From assembly GCF_006345805.1 (NCBI RefSeq), contig NC_043000.1, positions 15,128,001 through 15,192,000 on the forward strand: 64,000 nt of DNA, given 5' to 3'. Of the stretch, positions 12,774-23,104 are shown piece after piece. The DNA comes from Octopus sinensis. Taxonomy: Eukaryota. The notes beneath the pieces were generated by a model. It had not been told where the DNA came from, did not search any database, and saw only the letters and a program-made list of their open reading frames with translations. Numbering within the stretch: position 1 is the first letter of the stretch; every line of letters starts with the position of its first letter. Position numbers and translations under genes: made by a program.

Positions 12774-13743
12774 GTAAGCTGTGCTTTCTTTAAAAACATT
12801 TTTAGATGTTTCAATTCTTCCAGGATATGGGAATTATGTAGTTTTTTTTCTATAAAGATTTTGCTGTAGGATTATGTTTGGTATGCTCGGCCACACACCT
12901 TCACTGTTGTAATTCATAAAATTTAGTCAGCCTACCATTTTGAAATTTATGAATCTGGTCTTCCACTTGTGTAGGCATAGTACTATATCACTGTAGCATA
13001 AGTGTTTTTCTAGAACATTGGACGAATATCAAATTAATATTCATTTATTCAAGTTCTGTTCAATGGTTCCTAGAGATGCTTTTATGATGAAGGCTGTTTA
13101 AAACAATCATGCCAAATATTGATTTCAAATTTTGGGGCAAGGCCAGCAGTTTTGGGGAAAGGGTAAATCGATTACGTTGACCCCAGTGCTCAACTGATCA
13201 TCATCATCGTTTAACGTCTGCTTTCCATGCTAGCATGGGTTGGATGGTTTGACCAGGGTCTGGGAAGCCAGGAGGCTGCACCAGCCTCCAGTCTGATCTG
13301 GCAGTGTTTCTACAGCTGGATGCCCTTCCTAACGCCAACCACTCTGTGAGTGTAGTGGGTGCTTTTTACGTGCCACCGGCACAGAAGCCAGTCATGGCGG
13401 CGCTGGCAACGGCTACGTTTGGATGCTTCTTTTTCATGGCACTGGTATCACAACTACAATTTCCATTGATTTTTGATCAATTTCGATACTTATTTTATTG
13501 CCCCTTTAAATGATGAAAGGCAAAATCAACACACACTCACAATGGCTTCTTTCAGTTTCCATCTACCAAATGCACACACAAGGCTTTTGTCAGCCTGGGG
13601 TTATAGAAAAAAAAATACTTGCCCAAAGTGCCATGTAGTGGGACTGAACCCACAGTGGTTAGAAAGCAAACTTAACCGTACAGCCATACCTGATCAAATA
13701 CATTCATTCGAATGTTATGTAATCATTTTTCTCTCTTTTTCAG

Positions 13744-13773
13744 ACTGAAGATGGTGAGAACAAGCCGAAAAAG
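13744..13773 (+). CDS. HMGA-like linker micro-exon (TEDGENKPKK)
   Basis: ctctctttttcag| ... AAG|gtattg; 30 nt, phase 0. Confidence 0.7.
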
Positions 13774-13885
13774 GTATTGAAGTTTCCCTTTTAACCTCTT
13801 TCAGTTTCGTTTTGGGAAATTTACATTTTTATGTTGAGGGAGGTGTTACAATTACAACATGGTGTCTGTCATTTTGCCATTACTA

Positions 13886-14268
13886 ATAGGAGCACTCCGT
13901 CGGTTGCGACGATGAGGGTCCCTGCTGATACGATCAACGGAACAGCTTGCTCGTGGAATTAACGTGCAAGTGGCTGAGCACTCCACAGACACGTGTACTC
14001 TTAACGTAGTTCTCGGGGATATTCAGCGTGACACAGAGAGTGACAAGGCCGGCCCCTTGAAATACAGGTACAACAGAAACAGGAAGAAAGAGCGAGAGAA
14101 AGTTGTGGTGAAAGAGTACAGCAGGGTTCACCACCACCCCCTGCCGGAGCCTCGTGGAGCTTTAGGTGTTTTCGCTCAATAAACACTCACAATGCCCGGT
14201 CTGGGAATCGAAACCGCGATCCTACGACCGCGAGTCCGCTGCCCTAACCACTGGGCCATTGCGCCTCC
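13886..14268 (-). mobile_element. tRNA-derived SINE family A, antisense in the HMGA-like intron
   Basis: 13-bp TSD tttgccattacta (13873-13885 / 14269-14281); about 95% identical to 5547-5934 by eye. Confidence 0.9.
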
Positions 14269-14441
14269 TTTGCCATTACTATTGAAGGCCAGATTAGATA
14301 AGATTAATGTGAATGTATAATTTGTTTTAAATGCCTTTTTGGTACTTGTTTATGTACTCGGTAGAGCACTGAATTTCATAGTTTTGGAGAAGTGTTGTTG
14401 TTCTAATTTATAATCCTGTGTTAACCATTTCTTTCTCTCAG

Positions 14442-14489
14442 GTAACTGGGCGTGGAAAGAGGAGACCAGGAAGGCCCAGGAAAGAATAA
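14442..14489 (+). CDS. HMGA-like last coding exon, AT-hook 6 and stop (VTGRGKRRPGRPRKE*)
   Basis: tttctctcag| ... TAA|gtaaga; 48 nt; stop codon sits immediately before a donor site. Confidence 0.85.
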   Translation, partial: VTGRGKRRPGRPRKE

Positions 14490-14931
14490 GTAAGACATTT
14501 CAGTAATTTTATTAAAACTCTATCATACATTGAACTTTTTGGTTATTTCAAAGTGACATGTTTGATCAATTCTCCGGTATTTCTCTCACATTTTTTTTTT
14601 TTTTTTTTTTTTAATATACATGTTTCAGGTTTTATAAGAGTGACTCTGAAATGAATTTTGAATACAATAAATAAATAGAAATCAAGTGTGACTCATGGTG
14701 GACTTAAAACTGGATTTTCTGTTTTCAAGTGTGTAAACAATATTTGGCAAAATATTTCCATCAATCCATCTATTTTCTCCACCCACTATTTATAGGAAGC
14801 TTGTAGGTGTAGTCTTCAGGCACATCCTGTATAGAGTTCTATCAGCAGTAACCATCAATTCTTGGTTAATCTCAAAATTAAGATTTACTGGTTTAAATCC
14901 TTTCTACAAAGACTTATTGATGGCAATTTAA

Positions 14932-15148
14932 CCATTTAGCATTCAGATTACTCTGTTAAACACAATGCTTATTTATTCACATTGTTTTGTACTAATCATG
15001 CATTATCTCATAGCTTTGAGGTTTCAAAGAGGTGATTGTTTATTTTTAGAATGACATTGTAGGGTAGGTGGGAGAGCCTGGATCTGGCCAGTTTCAATGT
15101 CAAAACAGAATATTTGGGCCGGATATGGCTGGTTTAAATGCTAAAGGG
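14932..15148. mobile_element. piggyBac-like MITE (ccctttagcatt family; partial copies near 10620-10680, 51172-51350, 63850-64000)
   Basis: TTAA|ccatttagcatt ... aatgctaaaggg|TTAA. Confidence 0.75.
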
Positions 15149-15601
15149 TTAAGGAGCAATCATCTTTTAACCTCCAGCTTCCATGCTAGCAAAGGCCAGA
15201 TAATTTGACATGATCTGAGAGGTCCAAGGGCCACTTCATGCTTCAATATCAGCTTTGGCTTATGTGACCTTTTAATTTGCAGAAAATTCAAACTCTTTTT
15301 TTCATAGAGGATCAAAATCTTCCTTCCATGAACATTTGATATACAACTTCAGTTATTAATTAGATCAGATTACTGAAGATTTATTTTCATATAATGATTT
15401 CAAAAGGTAATCAACAAGAGAACATGAGAATTTTTCCTCACGGTGATTCTGCATGATAGAAAAAATCCTAAATCAGTTGCTAAAATGTTAAGAAATGGAT
15501 GATATTGTGAGTTAAATAATAACAATTTGTTTATGAGTATGTTGTCTCCTTCCATTGTACTGAGAATTCATAAAGTAAAATGTATATGTTTTTGTTTTCA
15601 G

Positions 15602-17400
15602 GATCCCTTTAAATACATCTGAATAATGCTAGGAGCAGTATGTTGGCATCAAAAGACTTCTCATCTTCATCTATATCACCTAATAGTCTTACATCACCTA
15701 AGTCGGGTCCAAGAATGGACTAAAGCCTTTTTTTTTAAACGTGGCTGCGTGCAAGTGACTGTGTGTATGCATGCAATTTGACTGTTTTCAATTCCAGTTC
15801 ATATATAAGAATCTTTTATTCAAAATATGCACTATTTTCATCCTTTTAGCTAAATTTAAAATAAAAAAAAAAACGTTTATAGGTAAACTAATCAGATAAA
15901 TTCTGCTGGCACAGCTGTGGTATAGCATCATCCTCATCATCATCAGATACACTGTTTGTTAATCAGAGTTTATGCTGCATAAGTTAGGATGCAACAGATA
16001 TCTGAGGTAATTAGTATGTTTATCACTGGCATGTTATTATTCATCTGCTTAGAACAAATAGTAACATGAAATGTGAAAACTAATGCACTGCCATCAAACC
16101 TTCCCATTAGAAAATCTAGTATTTTATTTTCTCTCTTGATTTGTTTTTATAGATAACCTGTCCATTTTGATTGATTTATATAATAAATTAATTCTTAGTG
16201 AATTGGTAAAATTTTGTCTCTTCTGTGTTATGCATTATTTTCATTATTACTGTTATTGCCAATTATTAACATTTCTTATTAGTTAGTTGATAGAGAAATG
16301 GGCTTTCTATCACAAGAACATTTACTCAGAAATCAAGGACATTGTTAACGAGGGATTTTTTTTTCTATATTCTCTTAGTCTTTCTCTCTATTTTTGACCA
16401 ATTTAAACACTAAATTGAAAGTGATAAATTTAACATGTATTAAAATATTTTTTATAAAGCTGAAATATTTTCTCAATTACGCATCTCCCAGCTAATAATG
16501 TCTAGGATCATTGATTCAGATTGTAGAGGATCGTTTACTGAATCTCATTGCCTTCTTATCTGTGGTCCATTGCTTTAGTAATATCTCTTCACTTTGCTTT
16601 GACATTCCTCTTTCATAGAATAAGCTACAATCTAGCTTTTTTTTTTTATTATCATCACATCTTTTCTAGCCTATCACAATTATACAAGAAATAGCCATCT
16701 CCTTGGTGTATGTGTGTACGTTTGAGAGCTGAATGATCCTTATAATCTTTTCAGATTATTCTAAATTTACTCCATCTTTGGATTCATCAACCAAAATATT
16801 TTTATTGAAACAAAAAAAGAGAAAAGGTGTGACCTGCTGTTGTCCTTGGTTCATCACTAAATTTGTTGCTTTTATCAAAGCTTGAGAATGAGTATTTCAC
16901 CTCTTCTCCTTCCTTTTAAAAGCCCTAACAATGAAATTTTCAGAATTTTACAAAGCATGACACAATTACTTATGCATACGCTTTGTTTTCACATAGTAGT
17001 GTCTCCGTTTTAATTTCAAATTTGCCTGTAGTATTCCTTATTTCAATTTTTATCTTCCTCTCAATTTTGTAATGTTTAACTTTGCTGCTTTTTTTTTTTT
17101 AAGTCAGTGCGAGCAATAGGAGGTGATTTATTGCATTTCATTTTGGGAATTGAAGTTAGATGAAATTTAAGCAGTGACTCTCATTAATTTTTTTTTTTTT
17201 AAATAAAAAAGACAAAAAAATACCTTAGTATTTTGTCACTGAATTTTAATTGTAAGATATAGTTTTAATTTTGTTTTGCTTTTAAATTCCATTGCCAAAC
17301 TATTTTTAAATTTCAAGAATGTCTTGTTTATCAAGCTGTACAGGAAATCAATGTTATTTTTATTTGATACAAGGGTTTTTAGATTGTATTCATTTTCAAG
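15602..17400 (+). other. Probable non-coding terminal exon / long 3'UTR of the HMGA-like gene (3' end approximate)
   Basis: Acceptor gtttttgttttcag|GATCCC at 15601/15602; about 1.8 kb U-rich stretch with no recognisable SINE or LINE; AATAAA near 16180 and 17202. Confidence 0.5.
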
Positions 17401-19329
17401 ATTTCATTAAAAAAAATTAGATTTCTACAAACAGCAGTATTTTGTTGTTGCTTGTGTTTAATTGATAATTTTTAACTAGTTAATGATACATCATTTTAAT
17501 GTCTGCTCTTCCATGCTTGCATGGTTCAGACAAAATTTACTGAGGTAGATTTTCTATGGCTGGATGCCCTTCCTGTTGCCAACCCTTGACTGTTTCCAAG
17601 CAGTGTAATATTTCCGCCATACCCAGCTTTGTTCTTGCAGCAACACTCATTCACAACTACCACACAATATCAAGGAATAGACGGGGTGGGTTCACATGTG
17701 CACACAAAGACATATGATAGGTTTCTTTCAGTTTCTCTCTACCAAGTCCATTCACACAGCATTGGCTGTCCTGGGGCTTTGCCCAAGATGCCACACAATG
17801 GGACTGAAACCAGAACCATGTAGTTCAGAAGTAAATTTCTTACCATACAGCCATGCCTTTGCCTACAAGTGTGTTAATGTTGAGCAAAGCAAAAGGATTT
17901 CTCTTGCAAGTAAAATTGTTAAACAAAGGTATCTTTCAACATTGTAGCAAAGAGTTTATACTTCATCATTCAGTTTAATTACTGAAATCATATTGTCAGT
18001 TTTTCAGATTGAACTGCAACAATTATTCACTTTGCAACTTTGTGGTTTTAGTGTCAGTCTGACCGCATGGCACCTTCAGTAAGTGTCTCCTGCTATAGTT
18101 CCAGGCCAAATAATTCTTTATGAGTAAATTTAGTAGATTGAAATTTCCTGGCCACATGGTTCCGGGTGCAGTTTCACTGCATGGCACTTTGGGCAAGTGT
18201 CCTGTACTATAGCTTTGGGCCTACCAGAGCCTTGTGAGTGAATTTGCTAGATGAAAACTGAAAGAGGCCTCTGTGTGTGTGTGTGTGTGTATCTATCCTC
18301 CACCACCAACCTACAACTGGTGTTGGTGAATTTGTGTCCTCATAACTTAGCGGTTCAGCAAAAAAGACCAGTAGAATAAGTACTAGGTTTACAAAAATAT
18401 AAGTGCTGATGTCGATTTGCTCACAGTGCCACAGCATAGCCACAGTCTAATGACTGAAACAAATAAAAAGACAGATAAAGATAGGCATTGTAAGATGTGG
18501 GCATGATTGTATGATTTTGGAAATTGCTTTGCAACCATGTTGTTAGGGGTTTCGTCCTTCTGTGTAGCACCCTCAGCAAATGTCTTCAACTATAGCCTCA
18601 GGATGACCAAATGACTTGAGTGAAATTTGATTTGCAGAAACTGTACAAAAGCCTGTTTAAACATTCATACTTATATTTGTATGTGTTTCTGCATATCTTC
18701 ACTGGGTGAGTTAAAATGGTGATAACATCTATAATTATTACATCCCATAGATTGGTGGTTTCAGCATATATGAAGACCAGTGAAATAAAAGGGAAATTTT
18801 ATTTTAAAAGCAAGTATCCGTTGGCAACAGGAAGAGAGCATTCATCCGTAAAATGTTACTTCATTAACTCACATTCAAACCATTTGCCAAAATTTAACCC
18901 TTTCACAGCCTGTGATTTTCAATTCAATGAAGAATTTGGTATAAAGTTTATGTTAAACTAGGGCTTGAAATTTAAAGGTACATAAACCTATGATGGAATG
19001 GTTTGAAATATGAACTATTTAATAAAAAGAAGAAAAAAAATTTTGAGTCTGAGGCTGGTTGGTATAAAATTTAAAAAGAAAATGAAGTGGGATATTTTAG
19101 AATCAAAATATCAATTCACAAAGTGTTTTGAGTTAAGGTCCTTTAGTTTGTCACCAGTTTTATGCTATCTTGCAATATCACCAGTGATGCATGTTCCCTA
19201 CTTGTGAATTTGTGATCCAAAGGATTACATGCTTTGTCATCCAAAAAGTTATAACACACACACACACAAAAAAAAGGCAGAACTACTGCTATAAAGGTGG
19301 TTGTGCTCAGTACTAAAATACCAAATGTA

Positions 19330-20330
19330 AATTATGGGAGCACAAGTTCATAGTGATCAGAGGCTGACTGGAGGGTATCTGTAAGAGCAGCCATAAAATT
19401 AATTCATTCAAATGTGGAGAGCTCTCGAGTAGTAGCTGATAACTTCCATTACTTAGGTGACTTGTTACAAAATCCTAGTAAGAGTAAAAATGAAATGGAA
19501 GTCCATGGAGCTACTCAAATGAAGAGTGAAGTGCATGATAACCTGTGTGTGAAGTATGGTGTTGGATAGTAAGTGAAATATGTCCACTGATTCTGGATTG
19601 TTTACAAAAGCTAGAAAGGAATGAAGTAGACATTCTTTGTGGGATGTTTAATATTAGTGTACATAAACAGGCGTAGGAGTGGCTTTGTGGTAAGTAGCTT
19701 GCTTGCCAACCACATGGTTCTAGGTTCAGTCTCACTGTGTGGCACCTTGGGCAAGTGTTTTCTACTATAGCCTTGGGACGACCAAAGCCTTGTGAGTGGA
19801 TTTGGTAGACAGAAAATGAAAGAAGCCTATCTATATGTGTATGTATGTATATATATATGCATATACATACATACATATACGTCTGTGTTTGTCCTCCCCA
19901 ACATCACTTGACAACCGATGCTGGTGTATTTACGTCCCCGTAACTTAGCGGTTCGGCAAAAGAGACCGATAGAATAAGTACGAGGCTTACAAAGAATAAG
20001 TCCTGGGGTCGATTTGCTCGACTAAAGGCAGTGTTCCAGCATGGCCACAGACAAATGACTGAAACAAGTAAAAGAGTAAACAACAGAATGCATACTGAGA
20101 AAAAGGCTGACTATAAAAAAGAATCACATGTAGCATGCAAACGACTAGAAAACTGACATGGAGGAGGAAGACTTAAATAAGAGTGCAAATGGAAGAATCA
20201 TGTAGACTACATGAGAAGTGGTGAAAGCTAATCCCCAGAGGCTGAACTTCACTGAGATGGAGAAAGGACTACAAGTAGCATGCTGTGCTAGAGGAGACCT
20301 ATCAAAGTACAACATGCAATCATGGAAAGG
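19330..20330 (+). mobile_element. Old degraded RTE LINE remnant interrupted by a family B SINE
   Basis: Remnant gtagtagctgataacttccattacttaggtgac (VVxDNFHYLGD) and a C-terminal-like segment similar to the 41200-41947 RTE. Confidence 0.4.
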
Positions 20331-21836
20331 TAAACCCGAAATATTGATTTCAAATTTTGGCACAAGGCCAGCAATTTCAGGAGGGTCTAAGTTGATTACA
20401 TCAACCTCAGTGCTCAACTGGTACTTATTTTATCAACAAAAAAGTCATGGGCAAAGTTGACCTTGATGGAATTTGAACTTAGAATGTAGAAAAAGGACAA
20501 AATTCCACAGATTTTTGCTTGGTGTGCTAATTGTGCTGCCAGCTCACTGCTTAAGTGGACTTGAAATATTAATGATCATTTCCTCTACCAAGAAGTCACG
20601 CTATACACCACAGCAGTTTATAGTACGATCAGCATCGCCTTACTGGCATGTGAAAAAACATTCGAGCGAGGTCGTTGCCAGTGCTGCTGGACTGGCTCCT
20701 GTGCAGGTGGCACATAGAAAACACCATTTGAGTGTGGCTGTTGCCAGTACCGCCCAACTGGCACCAGTGCAGGTGGCACGTAAAAGCACCCGCTACACTC
20801 AGAGTGGTTGGCGTTAGGAAGGGCATCCAGCTGTAGAAACTCTGCCAGATCAAGATTGGAGCCTGGTGCAGCCATCTGGTTTGCCAGTCCTCGGTCAAAT
20901 CGTCCAACCGATGCTAGCATGGAAAGCAGATGTTAAACGATGATGATTCAACCTACTCAACCAGGATCCATGTAAAATTTTGTTAGAAATTTATGAGCAA
21001 TAAATTGCTTATACAACTACAATACACAAAATATTTTACTATTATACAATTAGGAATAATGCAGTAGGATATTTTTTTTATATGCATCGAATGTCTATGG
21101 AGGTCCAGTAGAGCAAAATAGGAATCTAAGAGATCCATAGCCAAAAGATGGTTGAGAACTGCTGATGTATATATATATATATATAAAACAGAGTTTGTGT
21201 GTACGTTCCTTATGGATTCGGAAACTGAGTTGCCAATTTTGACGTGTGAGGTATCAAAAGATTCAGTAATCTTTCGGCTGCCAAATAGTGTATTTTTGCA
21301 CAACTCTTTTTTTTTTTTTCTACAAAAATAACCTCAAAAACTAGGTTGGGTCCCACAATTTTGAGGTCTTTAGCTAAAGGAGGCAGCTCTGCCTGAACAA
21401 TCTTTATGTCTTAGAGCATAATGAGAAAATGTTTAAAATATTTAGAGTTTTACCAGGAAATGAAGCTTCGAAGCTATGCCGTCAACTTAGTATTATTTAG
21501 TAGATAATCTTTTGATGTGAAGTATATTTGTGTTTTGTTTAGTCCACAGTTGCCACTGATGCAGCAGACCTTTTTTTTTTATTCCTGCATTGTGTACCAC
21601 CACTGGTACATAGTATAAATTTTTAAAAACTGATATTTTAATGAACCTGATCGTTATTATACATGATTTATGTTTTAGAAATGAAGGCTAATAACTAGAT
21701 TTTGCAAATTTATAACATATATTCCTGTTTCATTATGAAAACTTATCAATAATAATGAAGTAAAATATGTAATAAGAAAAAGCAACTGAGCAAGATGCTG
21801 GTGAGGCTTAATGGCTAAACTCAGAGATGTGTTTAA

Positions 21837-22057
21837 CCCTTTCATTACTGTATTTATTTTGAGATTTTCTGTGTTTCTTTCAGTTAATTTTAAATATAAC
21901 AAAGAACTTAGTAAAATAACTTAGTTATCATTCAGCTAGTGTTATGAACATAAATTGTGGCTTAGGTTTGGTGGAAGATTTTAATTCAAAACTTACGAAA
22001 ACAAGACATTTGTACTCAGAGCCAGAACCGGTTTAAGCCGAGTTGGTAACGAAAGGG
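21837..22057. mobile_element. 221-bp piggyBac-like MITE with the same TIR type as 11358-12629
   Basis: TTAA|CCCTTTCATTAC ... GTAACGAAAGGG|TTAA. Confidence 0.8.
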
Positions 22058-22299
22058 TTAAAGTGTTAAGAACTCTGTTGAAATTATTAACTTATGCCAT
22101 AGGAGCATCAGGCAGTTATATGGTATTGCAACAGTAAACTTCTAATATATGTAAGGATTGGCTCGGCAGAATGAAGTTCTGGTGGCCAAATGCCAACACT
22201 TGTTTGTAGACGAATTGCTGCCAAAACTATTCCTTTCCATCCCACCATGTACACACTGAATGTGAAAGTACTACCAGTTTCATCAAAAGCAACAAGGCC

Positions 22300-22870
22300 A
22301 CCAGATTGGAAATGTATTCTTCATTATGCTCAAATATTCCATCCTAAAGCTTGCTCTTCAGTCGTTCATTTTCATCTGTCTCCACAGGGATATAACCCGA
22401 TCAGTGTATTCCATTCCCTCAGAGAAGAACAACTTGAGCCAGCCAATTACTCTCCTGCCACACTCTTCATATGTAAAATGTGAGGGAGACGGCTATTAAC
22501 AGCCTCCAATATCTTAAACCCCTCTCTCTTCCTTTTTAAAGACCACCAATATGGCTTTTATAAAACCAGGTCTACTGTAGACCTCTCTTGTGTCATCAGT
22601 GACTCTCACTCTCAAGAAATTTGGCGAATAATGCTGTTTTTGTCTTTCCACTGTGTCTGGCAATGAAATTCCTGTCAGTTGCCCTTTCACGGGTTCCATC
22701 CATCTCAACTCTTGAATCAATGGTTTCCTGTCTGATCATATTACTGCAATGGACTGATGTAAGTCTCTCTGACCCACATTCTATCAACTTGAGCATGCTC
22801 TAGAGTCCGGTTTCTTCCTTCTGTACATTCAAGATTTACTTGCCATCACTTCTACATCACACACCAAACC
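22300..22870 (+). mobile_element. Degraded L2/CR1-like reverse transcriptase remnant
   Basis: Residual PANY..., DHQYGF..., RSTVDL... and FLSD-like segments broken by frameshifts. Confidence 0.35.
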
Positions 22871-23104
22871 TTGACTCAGCCTAAACCTAAAAGGATAAAA
22901 TGGAGGAGACTAGCAAGAAAAACAGATAGTGACAGCTTTATCTGTTGGTGTGTTAAGAACTCGGTAACAATATTTTGGAAAAGAAATAAAAAAAAATTTT
23001 TTTTTAATTTAGTAGTTTGTCCAATTAACTATTTGAAAATAAATGCCATCCACTTGGTGACTGTAATATCCCAAACATGTATCTATCTTTTTATCACTTC
23101 AATA

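Noticed and set aside
13746-13775. CTGAAGA...GAAA inside the TEDGENKPKK exon
   Set aside because: Stem II is only 2 bp and there is no stem III or cleavage triplet; coincidental.
15602-17400. let-7 seed sites (CTACCTC) by analogy with HMGA2
   Set aside because: None seen on a by-eye scan; a computational seed search is needed before any miRNA claim.
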